From positions 12,836,001 through 12,900,000 of the forward strand of contig NW_024704742.1 in NCBI RefSeq assembly GCF_018977255.1: a DNA stretch of 64,000 nt. Reading direction: 5' to 3'. Shown here in pieces: positions 1 through 12,300 of this stretch. Every line of letters starts with the position of its first letter. Position 1 is the stretch's first letter. A program made the translations under genes and the position numbers. Origin of the DNA: Callorhinchus milii (Eukaryota). Below the pieces are notes generated by a model, which was not told where the DNA came from, searched no databases, and was given only the letters and a program-made list of their open reading frames with translations.

Positions 1-1794
1 TTAGCTGGAAGGACTGTCAAACTCTCCCAGAAAAAGGTTCACCACCAATCAATGCTTGATTTGTCTGACGTGGTTGCTGCTTTATATAGTAAATATTAGA
101 TATTAACCATAGTTCTTCTATTATTTGGCATGTGATCAATAATTTGGAATTGATTGTGACCCTTTCATGTCTACATTGGAATTATTCATGCGTCTCGGTT
201 ATAACACCCTACAGCCTGCAACTCAGACTTCACGTAAGTCATGTTAAATGTTACGGTCCTGATTGATACGATTTATGTGAGTTTTACTGTATACAGCACA
301 GGTACTGAGCCAAATGGATATACAACACATGAGGATTTCTGTAAACTGGTATTATTGTTTTAAGTGGTTTGTGATTTTTGATCAAAAGGCATTCCGATCG
401 ACACCACACTGCTGCTAGCTGATGATCCACACTGCTGTCAGATTTCTGACCTCTATAATGCCCGTTCAAGATTGTTTCTCGTCTCACAATTTCTGACAGC
501 TTCTCGTGTAACAGCAATCCTTATTGATTCAATGTATAGAGCAATGTCATTACTGATGTTATGATTAGCTGGAAGAGATATCAATAGGGTAGAGGGTTCA
601 ATTAATAGTTTAGCTTTTTGCTGCCATTTTCTATGAAGCACAGACATCCTGAATTTGCTGGATGTGCAAACGTGAATGACAACTTTAGCTCAATGTTCAA
701 GCCTTTTTGTCCAACATTTGTGTCATGTAATCTGGACAGATCTTTAACTGGCTTAGTTGATCGGGCTTGTTTAGAAAGCCATTGTTGTCATTCATAAGCA
801 TGTTGAAAGAAAAATGCAGTCACACACAGAATGTGCAAAATAAACAAAATTCTATTACAGTTTAAGAAAAAAAATTGTCTAAAAACAAAAAAACACTGCA
901 TTGACTGTGGTACAGTGCACATTGGCTGTGCTGGGTAACACTTTCAATTCAAGCAGAGCACATTATTATGGGATGTCGATTGTCTGACTGGGCACGTGAC
1001 ATGGATCTGAATCTCTTTTTCTAAACAACAAAGTAAACTTAAAGTGGACTTCGCAACCAAGCACAGTGCAACTCTAAATATTGTCGTTTGTTAAAATGTA
1101 GGATCCAAAGAAAATGTTTGAACTTTTCAGTGGTAGGTCTGCGTGGTTACTGTGATACTGTTACATGGGTGGTGAATTACATCTAATTTATAATAAAATA
1201 ATAATAATCCTTGCATTTGAAATAGCATCTTATAATTTATTGGGAAAAGGAGTTGACCAGAAGCCATTAGACCACCAAACAAGAGGAAAAACTATCTATC
1301 AATGCCAGTGATATCAAAACGAGGAACGTCCACTGTATAAAAATGGAAAGTGAGCTCCCCTTCCCCTGATGGTCCAGTGGAGAGGACTAACGTAGCATGA
1401 AGTCTCACAGAACAGAAGCTTCCATGTTCTCAGTCTGTGCTGAGTTAACTGATCTTGGGGCTGTACTAATGACCTCAGCGGCCTGGATTAAAGAAATACA
1501 AATCACCAGTGCTTTTCTCTCCTGACTGCTGTCCAGTGTTGGCAGAGTACGGGTGAGGACAAGGCCAATTTTGACTGCTTCTCCCCGCAGTGTGACAACC
1601 TGCTGTCACATGGCTTCACAACTAATGAAGCAAGTCGCTCCATATACATTTACAAACTGGCTCATAAACCTCCAATAATTAACTTCCGTGTCTCTAGTCC
1701 TTCAAGTGTACATTCATACTTCTCTTCAGCATACAACTGCGTAGCAATGGTGGTGGAGTGGGGAGTAAGCGGGTTGGAGAGGTATGGAGATGGC

Positions 1795-2275
1795 AGGGCA
1801 TGTGAAGGCACTGGCAGCATCACCATCCAGGGATGCACGCTCCACCTCACTGAGCCAGTCTGGAACCTTGGCGTCATGTTTGACCCTCAACTATCCTTTC
1901 TACCCCACATTTGAATCATGATCTGCTATGCCTTTCCCCACCTCCGCAAAATTGTCCAGCTCCGCCACTACCTCACCCCTCAGACCGTCGAAACCCTTAT
2001 CCATGCATTTGTTACATCTAAGCTCGACTACTCCCTGCTTATCTGCCTTCCCAACTCTTCCCTCCACAAGTTGCAGATCATCCAGAACTCTGCAACTTGT
2101 GTCCTCTTGTGCATGAGGCTCCGTGACCCTATCACCCCCACCACCCCAGAGGATACAGTTCAAAATCCTTGTCCTCACCCTTAAAGCTGTCCATGGCCTT
2201 GCTCCTTCCTACCTCTGTGACCTGCTAAACGCATATCAAACTGTCCGATCCCTCCACTCAACAGGCTACAGACTG
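1795..2275 (+). mobile_element. L2-clade LINE ORF2 3' fragment (decayed)
   Basis: Translates as ETLIHAFVTSKLDYSLL...LHKLQIIQNSA...RIQFKILVLTLKAVHGLAPSYLCDLL. Confidence 0.85.
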
Positions 2276-2287
2276 CCCCAACATCGG

Positions 2288-2920
2288 CGAAGTTTTGTGC
2301 AGGTGAGAATGCGGGCAGAGGAGTTTTGAATGAGTTGGATTTTGTGAATAGTGCAGGAGAGGAGACCGGCGAGGAGGGCGTTAGAGTAGTCCAGCCGAGA
2401 GGTGACAAAGGCATGGACAAGGGCTTTGGCAGCTTTTGTGATGAGGTATTGTTGGAGATGGGCAATGTGGCGGAGGTGGAAGAAAGCGGTGCTGGACAGG
2501 GACCAGATGTGGGGCAGGAAGGATAACTGGGGATCAAACCTGACGCCAAAGTTGCGCACGGGTTCGGAGAGTTTTACGGATAGGTCGGGTGGTTGAGGAG
2601 GTCAAAACCGTGTGACCGAAGGCATCGGTGGGATCCAGAGTATGGGTTCCGTCTTGTTGACGTTTAACTGCAGGAAATTTGCACTCATCCAGCTCTTGAT
2701 GTCCAACAGACAAGCTGACAGAACAGGGGTTGGGGGTTACAGCTGGAGGTGGAAAAGTAGAGTTGAGTGTCATCTGTGGAAGTTAATCCCGTGTCTGTGC
2801 ATGACATCACCCAGATGGAGCATATAGATGGGAAAGAGAAGGGGGCCAAGGATGGATCCTTGGGGTACCACGCAGGTGACAGGGTGGAAGCGAGAAGAAA
2901 AGCCATTTGCAGAAATGCAC
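2288..2920 (-). mobile_element. L2-clade LINE RT fragment (decayed)
   Basis: VPQGSILGPLLF...NFGVRFDPQLSF...HAFVTSRLDYSNALL across frameshifts. Confidence 0.85.
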
Positions 2921-2999
2921 GATGTGTACATGTCACCTGTAAGGGGTACACACGTCACTCGCACGGTGTGTACACGTCACCCGTACAGGGTGTACATAG

Positions 3000-3320
3000 T
3001 AATAATAATAATAATAATCCTTGCATTTGATATAGCGCTTTTCGCGTCTTCTAGACATCCCAAAGCGCTTCACAGAATATACTGTAAAGTGAATTGACTG
3101 TATATTTGTGGGCAAATGCAGCAGCCAATTGCGCACAGCAATGTCCCACAAACAGTCGTAGATTGAAAATGACCAATTTTATTATTGTTTTTGGTTTGGG
3201 AGGGATTATTATTAGGCTCAGTGTAAGGAAACTTGCCCAGGGTTTCGCCCTCTGCCTGGAATTGAACTCAGGACTCTCACTTGCAAAGCGAGTGCTCTAA
3301 CCACTGAGCTACAGGACTCC
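3000..3320 (-). mobile_element. tRNA-derived SINE, full length
   Basis: Reverse complement of the 20494-20810 element: tRNA-like head with A/B boxes and (ATT)n tail. Confidence 0.85.
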
Positions 3321-3329
3321 ACGTCCTGT

Positions 3330-5696
3330 ACGTCCATGTCACTCACATGGTGTGTACTTGTCACCCGTATGGGGTGTACACGTCACTCGTACGGTGTGTA
3401 TATGTCACACGCAGGCGTACACAGCATGCGTCACACGCACAGAGCATGCGTCACATGCACAGGACATATGTCACTCGCACAGGCCATGCATCACACACAC
3501 AGGGAATGTGTCACCCGCACAGGCCATGCATCACACGCACAGGGTATATGTCACACGCATAGGGTATATGTCACACACAGAGTGTACATGTCAATGCACA
3601 GTGTACATGTCTCTCGCATGGTATATATATGTCACACAAAGAGTGTACATGTCAATGCACCGTGTACATGTCCCTCGCACAGTATACATATGGCACACAC
3701 ACAAGATATATGTCACACACACAGTGTATATGCCACACACAGTTTATATGTCACACGCACAGCATATATGTCACATGCACAGGGTATATGTCACATGCAC
3801 AGGGTATATGTCACATGCACAGGGTATATGTCACACACAGGGTATATGTCACACACAGGGTATATGTCACACACAGGGTATATGTCACATGCATAGGGGA
3901 TATCTCACACGCAGAGAGAGTATGTCACACACACAGGGTGTATGTCACACACACAGGGTGTATGTCACACACACAGGGTGTATGTCACACACACAGGGTG
4001 TATGTTACACGAACAGGAAGAATGTCACATGCACAGGGTGTATGTCACACACAGGGTATATGTCACACAGTGTCACACTCACAAGGTATGTCAAAAGTAC
4101 AAGGCATATCTCACATGCACAGAGTATATGTCACACACACAGGGAATATGTCACACGCACAGGATATATGTCACACGAACAGCGTTCATGTCATACACAG
4201 TGTATGTTACACGAACAGTGTGTATATAAAACCCACAGGGTATATGTCACACACACAGGGAATATATCACTAGCACAATGTAAATGTAATACACAGAGTG
4301 TACACATCACACGCAGTGTACATCTCACACGCACAGCATATATGTCACATGCACAGTGCATATGTCACACACACAGCAAAAATGTCACACACAGGGTATA
4401 TGTCACACACACAGGGTATATATCACACACACACAGGGTATATGTCACACACACTGGGTATATGTCACACACACTGGGTGTATGTCACACACACTGGGTA
4501 TATATCACACACACAGGGTATATGTCACACACACAGGGTATATGTCACACACACAGGGTATATATCACACACACAGGGTATATATCACACACACTGGGTA
4601 TATATCACACACACTGGGTATATATCACACACACAGGGTATATGTCACACACACAGGGTATATGTCACACACACAGGGTATATATCACACACACTGGGTA
4701 TATATCACACACACAGGGTATATGTCACACACACAGGGTATATGTCACACACACAGGGTATATGTCACACACACTGGGTGTATATCACACACACTGGGTG
4801 TATATCACACACACTGGGTGTATATCACACACACAGGGTGTATGTCACACACACTGGGTGTATGTCACACACACAGGGTGTATGTCACACACACAGGGTA
4901 TATGTCACACACACTGGGTGTATATCACACACACTGGGTGTATATCACACACACTGGGTGTATATCACACACACAGGGTATATGTCACACACACAGGGTA
5001 TATGTCACACACACAGGGTATATGTCACACACACTGGGTGTATATCACACACACTGGTGTATATCACACACACTGGGTGTATATCACACACACAGGGTAT
5101 ATGTCACACACACTGGGTGTATATCACACACACTGGGTGTATATCACACACACAGGGTATATGTCACACACACTGGGTGTATATCACACACACAGGGTAT
5201 ATGTCACACACACAGGGTATATGTCACACACACAGGGTGTATGTCACACACACTGGGTGTATGTCACACACACTGGGTGTATGTCACACACACTGGGTGT
5301 ATGTCACACACACTGGGTGTATGTCACACACACTGGGTGTATGTCACACACACCACACTGGGTGTATATCACACACACTGGGTGTATATCACACACACTG
5401 GGTGTATATCACACACACAGGGTATATGTCACACACACTGGGTGTATATCACACACACTGGGTGTATATCACACACACAGGGTATATGTCACACACACTG
5501 GGTGTATATCACACACACAGGGTATATGTCACACACACAGGGTATATGTCACACACACAGGGTATATGTCACACACACTGGGTGTATGTCACACACACTG
5601 GGTGTATGTCACACACACTGGGTGTATGTCACACACACTGGGTGTATGTCACACACACTGGGTGTATGTCACACACACTGGGTGTATGTCACACAC
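3330..5696. repeat. ~20-bp minisatellite (CACACACAGGGTATATGTCA and variants)
   Basis: Directly visible tandem array. It is degenerate on the left (a few units also at ~2920-3000) and homogeneous on the right. Confidence 0.97.
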
Positions 5697-5920
5697 GGGT
5701 GTGGCCGGGGTTGGGCACTGACCTGGGCTGCCGGGCCGCGGGGATGAGGCAGCTCCTCTCATCAGCCTCGGGCTCCGCCATTGCGCCGGCGCTTTAATTA
5801 GAGTCAGCAGCCGCCGGTCACACTGACTGCCCGGGGACCACCATCAGCCGCACACACAACAGCCGCTGCTGGTGTCACGCAAACAGTCCGCGGAGAGCCC
5901 GAACCCGAGTGGATGGTTCC
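5697..5920 (-). promoter_or_regulatory. Small CpG-rich island at the 5' end of the putative MFSD8
   Basis: GC- and CpG-rich unique sequence (ccgggccgcgggg, gcgccggcgc, ccgcgg) between two minisatellites; contains the ATG exon. Confidence 0.6.
5723..5781 (-). CDS. MFSD8: Probable first coding exon of MFSD8/CLN7 (lysosomal MFS membrane protein); rest of gene lies left of the window
   Basis: The minus strand reads gccggcgcaATGGCG... = MAEPEADERSCLIPAARQP+AG, then donor AG|GTCAGT, inside a CpG-rich island. It contains ERSCLI, a [DE]xxxL[LI] dileucine motif like human MFSD8 EQEPLL, in a short phase-2 exon of similar size. It is head-to-head with ABHD18, as in human. Identity rests on synteny and motif, not strong homology. 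Confidence 0.72.
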
Positions 5921-6958
5921 CCCCCAGTGTGTGTCAGTGTGCACAGCCCCTCCCCCCCCAGTGTGTGTCAGTGTGCACAGCCCCTCCCCCCCAGTGTGTG
6001 TCAGTGTGCACAGCCCCTCCCCCCCCAGTGTGTGTCAGTGTGCACAGCCCCTCCCCCCAGTGTGTGTCAGTGTGCACAGCCCCTCCCCCCAGTGTGTGTC
6101 AGTGTGCACAGCCCCTCCCCCCCAGTGTGTGTCAGTGTGCACAGCCCCTCCCCCCCAGTGTGTGTCAGTGTGCACAGCCCCTCCCCCCAGTGTGTGTCAG
6201 TGTGCACAGCCCCTCCCCCCAGTGTGTGTCAGTGTGCACAGCCCCTCCCCCCCAGTGTGTGTCAGTGTGCACAGCCCTCCCCCCCAGTGTGTGTCAGTGT
6301 GCACAGCCCCTCCCCCCCAGTGTGTGTCAGTGTGCACAGCCCCTCCCCCCCAGTGTGTGTCAGTGTGCACAGCCCCTCCCCCCCAGTGTGTGTCAGTGTG
6401 CACAGCCCCTCCCCCCAGTGTGTGTCAGTGTGCACAGCCCCTCCCCCCAGTGTGTGTCAGTGTGCACAGCCCCTCCCCCCCAGTGTGTGTCAGTGTGCAC
6501 AGCCCCTCCCCCCAGTGTGTGTCAGTGTGCACAGCCCCTCCCCCCCAGTGTGTGTCAGTGTGCACAGCCCCTCCCCCCCCAGTGTGTGTCAGTGTGCACA
6601 GCCCCTCCCCCCCAGTGTGTGTCAGTGTGCACAGCCCCTCCCCCCCAGTGTGTGTCAGTGTGCACAGCCCCTCCCCCCCAGTGTGTGTCAGTGTGCACAG
6701 CCCCTCCCCCCCAGTGTGTGTCAGTGTGCACAGCCCCTCCCCCCCAGTGTGTGTCACTGTGCACAGCCCCTCCCCCGCAGTGTGTGTCAGTGTGCACAGC
6801 CCCTCCCCCCAGTGTGTGTCAGTGTGCACAGCCCCTCCCCCCAGTGTGTGTCAGTGTGCACAGCCCCTCCCCCCCAGTGTGTGTCAGTGTGCACAGCCCC
6901 TCCCCCCCCAGTGTGTGTCAGTGTGCACAGCCCCTCCCCCCCCAGTGTGTGTCAGTGT
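5920..6958. repeat. ~30-32-bp minisatellite (CAGTGTGTGTCAGTGTGCACAGCCCCTCCCCC[C]n)
   Basis: Highly homogeneous tandem array; units differ mainly in C-run length. Confidence 0.97.
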
Positions 6959-7134
6959 TCTGAACAACACCAATGATGTGAAACACTTGTTCCCTGGGCT
7001 GTGTAAGATGGATTTTCAGACACCAAGTCACTCTCCTGCATTAAGGGGCATTAAGAACCCGAAACCCGGGAATCCGAAAGAGCATCAGGATTACATCCCC
7101 TGGTACCTAAAGTAGTAAAATCCTACTAAGAGCT

Positions 7135-7495
7135 ACTTTTTTTTGGTCAGCCGGGTGTCTGACACATGCGGAAACCCATCACTGCGCTTAAGAGTATCCA
7201 AACCAACCTGAGATTTCCATGTGTCCCACCTACACATGGAAATCCCAGAGATAGGTTGTTGGAATGGAATTCTCTCTCTCCCTGGAGGGACCATCCTGTT
7301 TACCTAATTCCTGAGAGTATTGGGTATAGGTTGGCAAGAGCCAAGGCTTGTGGACCCAGAGTATAGAGTCTAACCAGCTAAAATCACATAGCTTGCCATT
7401 GATATTTCTGCCTGACAAGCGTTCCTGTTGCTTGTCCAGCTAGGACCACTATACCCGTTAGGGCATTGGCTTGCAGGGTTAACAGGATAAGGCAT
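7135..7495 (-). repeat. Unclassified interspersed repeat (family X) with A-rich end
   Basis: Homologous to 59850-60290 and 62085-62230 (opposite orientation) and to 41565-41645 (same orientation). Confidence 0.7.
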
Positions 7496-7604
7496 CCAGC
7501 GAGTGTGGGTTTGAGCCCTCATTAGCTTGATGGTAGCGCAAAGCGCTATGAGACAGCCTTCCGACTTAAAAGGCGCTATATCAAATGTAAGGATTATTAC
7601 TTTT

Positions 7605-7970
7605 TATGTATGTCCCTCCACTCCTCTGCACCCCCCTACCTCTCTGACCTCCTCTCTCCTCACAACAGTGCCCGTTGTCTTCGCTCCACCAGGTCTGGCC
7701 TCCTCCTTGTCCCCCGAGTCCTCCGCTCCACCATCGGCGACCGTGCCTTCCGCCACTATACCCCGAGGCTCCGGAAATCCCTTCCTCACTCCCTTCGTCT
7801 CGCTCCCTCTCTTTCTATTTTCTGGTTTTGACTGAAGACCTTTCTTCTCGACCGCGCCTTTGGTCACCTTCCACCCCTTCCCCCTAGCTTGACCCCGGGA
7901 TCCGTTACTGTGAAGCTCTCTGAGACTCCGTCCGGCGTGGAGAGCACTATATAAATCCAAGTTGTTGTTG
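7605..7970 (+). mobile_element. L2 LINE 3' end
   Basis: APPYLSDLL...LRSTRSGLLLVPR...IGDRAF, followed by a (GTT)n tail. Confidence 0.8.
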
Positions 7971-8574
7971 TACTAACATAAAAACTAACAACTGAAAATC
8001 CAGGATTCATTGAAGAAAATCACGGGATTACAGGCTGAGCCTGGGTAGAAGGGGAGAACAGGTCTTTCCACTTGCAATGCAGTCGGCAGGTGTTTAAACC
8101 ATTTGCCATTTATCTACCCAGATACAAACTCTCCATAAATCCTTTTGTATTGTATCTCTCTTCATGCCACATCTTGTTTTATCATACAACATAGTCCAAT
8201 CAGCAAAAATGAAGACAGTCTTTTTAGTGTAAGCTCATAAAGGTCATTAATAAATAAATATAGCAGAAGTTCTGCTACTGATCTTTGTGGATATCTAGTA
8301 GTCAGTGCTGCACACACAGCTTGAAATAGTCTTACATATTATGCCTGCTGTACTATCTATTGCCAAGATGATTTTTTAGTTTGCACTTCAGTTTTGCTTG
8401 TTTAAGCGTGTCAGGTTGGTTCAGTTGGTAGTACTCTTATTATGGGATACAGGTAGTTTGGGACATATGTGCATGTGACCACCAGGAAGGTGGAAGGCAA
8501 ACTAGATGGACCTTAGTCTTTTTTCATCTAGCATTTCTTATGTTCTTATGACTCAGAGGGTTGTGGTTCAAGCT

Positions 8575-8716
8575 CCACTTCCCGGCACCTCCCTCCACAA
8601 GCTGCAGGTCATTCAGAACTCTGCAGCTCGTGTACTATCCCGCACCAGGCTTCGCGACCACATCACTCCCGCCCTCGTGCTCTACAAATGCAATCTTGTT
8701 GTTGTTGTTGTTGTTT
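8575..8716 (+). mobile_element. Internally deleted L2 fragment
   Basis: LPGTSLHKLQVIQNSAARVLSRTRLRDHITP joined directly to the (GTT)n tail; nearly identical to 10130-10230. Confidence 0.75.
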
Positions 8717-9334
8717 GTGAAACATTGCTGTCCACCAATTGGCTGCTGCTTTTACCTACAAATAAACAGTCACTACACTTCATAAGAAAATCCTGTGGAC
8801 CCCTTTTAGACATCACAACAATGTGATATGCCTCTATATCAAATGCAAGTATTCGTATCATATCATTATTGTGTAACCTAAGAAATGTTTGAAAGCTACC
8901 AGTAGGTGGAGCAACCGTTTCCAGGTAAGTGGATTTGCCTTCTTCCAGCTCATTCCCATTGCTGTTTATGCAATAGATAATTTGTAATAATACAGTAGTT
9001 ATTTTGAATTGCTAGTTACAACTACTAATTTGTTTTCTGGGCTTGAACACTCCAAACAAAATCTCCCCTAGAAAGGCAACCTTTACACAATAGACAGGCT
9101 CGGGCAGGAACTGGGATACAGGACCAATTAATCTAAATAGTTGTTGGACAAAAAAAAATTTCAAACTATTTTACTGGAGAGTAATAATTTTCATTTATTG
9201 TACAACGTTTTAGTACGTTAAACCAATTCTACTGAGTTATAATACTATGAACAGTGTTGTTGGGTGCAATAATTGAGAGCAGTGTTATGTTACTAGATGT
9301 ATTGATAGAATTGGTACTGGGTGCATTGACTGGG

Positions 9335-12300
9335 TTGTTACTGAATATATTACAGTGTACAGGGACTGGATATATTACAGTGTACAGTGACTGGGTGTGT
9401 TACAGTTTACAGTGACTGGGTGTGTTACAGTGACTGGGTGTGTTACAGTGTACAGTGACTGGGTGTTACAGTGACTGGGTATATTACAGTATACAGTGAC
9501 TGGGAATGTTACAGTGTACAGTGACTGGGTATCTAACACTGTATAGTGACTGGGTGTTACAGTGCACAGTGACTGGGTATATTACACTGTACATTGACTG
9601 GGTATATTTCAGTGTAAAGTGACTGGATATATTACAGTGACTGAATATATTACATTGTACAGTGACTGGGTGTGTTACGGTGACTGGGTGTGTTACAGTG
9701 TACAGTGACTGGGTATTACAGTGACTGGGTATATTACACTGTACAGTGACAGCGTATATTACAGTGACTAGGTGTGTTGTGGTGTACAGTGGTTGGGTGT
9801 GTTATGGTGTGTGCTGATTCGGTGTGTTACGGTGTACAGTGGTTTGGTGTGTTGTGGTGTACAGTGGCTGGTTGTGTTGTGGTGTACAGTGGCTAGGTCT
9901 GTTATGGTGTGCGCTGGTTCGGTGTGTTATGGTGTACAGTAGTTGAGTGTGTTGCGGTGTACAGTAGCTGGTTGTGTTGCGGTGTACAGTGGCTGGTTGT
10001 GTTGTGGTGTACAGTGGCTCGTTGTGTTGTGGTGTACAGTGGCTGGGTGTGTTAGGGTGTACAGTGGTTTGGTGTGTTACGGTGTACAGTGGTTGCGTGT
10101 GTTGGACTACGGGAACTCTCTCCTCGCCGGCCTTCCCGGCACCTCCCTCCACAAGCTGCAGGTCATTCAGAACTCTGCAGCTCGTGTACTGTCCCGCACC
10201 AGGCTTCGGGACCACATCACTCCCACCCTCGCTCGCCTCCACTGGCTCCCCATCCCCCAGAGGATCGAATTCAAGATCCTCATCCTCACCTACAAGGCCA
10301 TTCATGGCCTCGCTCCCTCCTACCTCTCCGACCTACTATCCCCCTACCCACCCGTACCCTCCATTCCTCTGGCTCCGGTCTGCTCCACATCCCCCGCCCC
10401 AATCGCCCTACCATCGGTGGCCGGGCCTTCAGCCTCTCAGCCCCTCGGCTCTGGAACTCTATCCCCCAGTGCCTTCGCCGCCTCCTCCCTTTCCTCCTTC
10501 AAGGCCGGTCTCAAGACCTTTCTCTTTGACCGTGCCTTCAGCTCCCCTCTCGACTCTCTACCCCCTCCTCGCTCCCTCCCTTCTCTCCCCTCACCCTGAC
10601 CATTTCCCCCCTGCTCGGGTCCTGACCCAACTGTACAGCGCCTTGGGACGTCCTCCCGACGTGAAAGGCGCTCAATAAATGGAATCTTGTTGTTGTTGTT
10701 GTGTTGTTGTTGTGTTAGGTTGTACAGTGGCTGGGTGTGTTGCCCTGTGCGCTGATTAGGTGTGTTGTGGTGTACAGGGGTTGGGTGTGTTGTGGTGTAC
10801 AGTGGTTGGGTGTGTTGCGCTGTACAGTTGCTGAGTGTGTTACCGTGTACAGTAGTTGGGTGTGTTACCCTGTGCGCTGGTTGGGTGTGTTGCAGTGTAC
10901 AGTAGTTGGGTGTGTTGTCCTGTGTGCTGGTTGGGTGTGTTGCAGTGTACAGTGGCTGGGTGTGTTATGGTGTACAGTGGCTGGGTATGTTGCCCTGTGC
11001 GCTGGTTGGGTGTGTTGTGGAGTACAGTGGCTGGGTGTGTTGCTCTGTGCGCTGGTTGGGTGTGTTGTGGAGTACAGTGGCTGGGTGTGTTGCCCTGTGC
11101 GCTGGTTGGGTGTGTTGTAGAGTACAGTGGCTGGGTGTGCTACGGTGTGTGCTGGTTCGGTGTGTTACGGTGTATAGCGGTTGGGTGTGTTGCGGTGTAC
11201 AGTTGCTGGGTGTGTTGCAGTGTACAGTGGCTGGGTGTGTTGCGGTGTACAGTGGCTGGGTGTGTTGCGGTTTACAGTGGCTGGGTGTTTTGCGGTGTAC
11301 AATGGCTGGGTGTGTTACGGTGTACAATGGCTGGGTGTGTTACGGTGTACAGTGGCTGGGTGCGTTGCGGTTTACAGTGGCTGGGTGTGTTACGGTGTAC
11401 AGTAGTTGGGTGTGTTGCCCTGTGCGCTGGTTGGGTGCGTTGCAGTGTACAGTGGCTGGGTGTGTTATGGTGTACTGTGGCTGGGTGTGTTGCCCTGTGC
11501 GCTGATTAGGTGTGTTGTGGTGTACAGGGGTTGGGTGTGTTGTGGTGTACAGTGGTTGGGTGTGTTGCGCTGTACAGTTGCTGGGTGTGTTGCAGTGTAC
11601 AGTTGCTGAGTGTGTTACGGTGTACAGTAGTTGGGTGTGTTACCCTGTGCGCTGGTTTGGTGTGTTGCAGTGTACAGTAGTTGGGTGTGTTGTCCTGTGC
11701 GCTGGTTGGGTGTGTTGCAGTGTACAGTGGCTGGGTGTGTTGCCCTGTGCGCTGGTTGGGTGTGTTGCGCTGTGCAGTGACTGGGTGTGTTGCAGTGTAC
11801 AGGGCTGAGTATGTTGCCCTGTGCGCTGGTTGGGTGTGTTACGGTGTACAGTGGCTGGGTGTGTTGCCCTGTGCGCTGGTTGGGTGTGTTACGGTGTACA
11901 GTGGCTGGGTGTGTTACGGTGTACAGTGGCTGGGTGTGTTATGGTGTACAGTGGCTGGGTGTGTTATGGTGTACAGTGGCTGGGTGTGTTGCCCTGTGCG
12001 CTGGTTGGGTGTGTTGCGCTGTGCAGTGACTGGGTGTGTTGCAGTGTACAGGGCTGAGTGTGTTGTGGTGTACAGTGGCTGGGTGTGTTGTGGTGTACAG
12101 TGGCTGGGTGTGTTGCAGTGTACAGGGCTGAGTGTGTTGTGGTGTACAGTGGCTGGGTGTGTTACGGTGTACAGTGGCTGGGTGTGTTACGGTGTACAGT
12201 GGCTGGGTGTGTTACGGTGTACAGTGGCTGGGTGTGTTACGGTGTACAGTGGCTGGGTGTGTTATGGTGTACAGTGGCTGGGTGTGTTATGGTGTACAGT

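Noticed and set aside
453..647. Second MFSD8 exon (contains SIRI)
   Set aside because: The flanking residues do not resemble KSRWRSIRILYLTMFL; the four-residue match is likely chance.
991..1000. CLEAR/E-box GGCACGTGAC in the putative MFSD8 intron
   Set aside because: A single short motif ~4.8 kb from the ATG, expected by chance.
1795..2920. Twin-priming inversion of a single L2
   Set aside because: The two opposed fragments cover overlapping parts of ORF2 and differ in sequence, so they are independent copies.
3336..6976. Long ORFs in several frames (HTHRVYVT..., CVSVCTAPPP...)
   Set aside because: They are translations of stop-poor minisatellites, open in multiple frames with periodicity set by the DNA unit.
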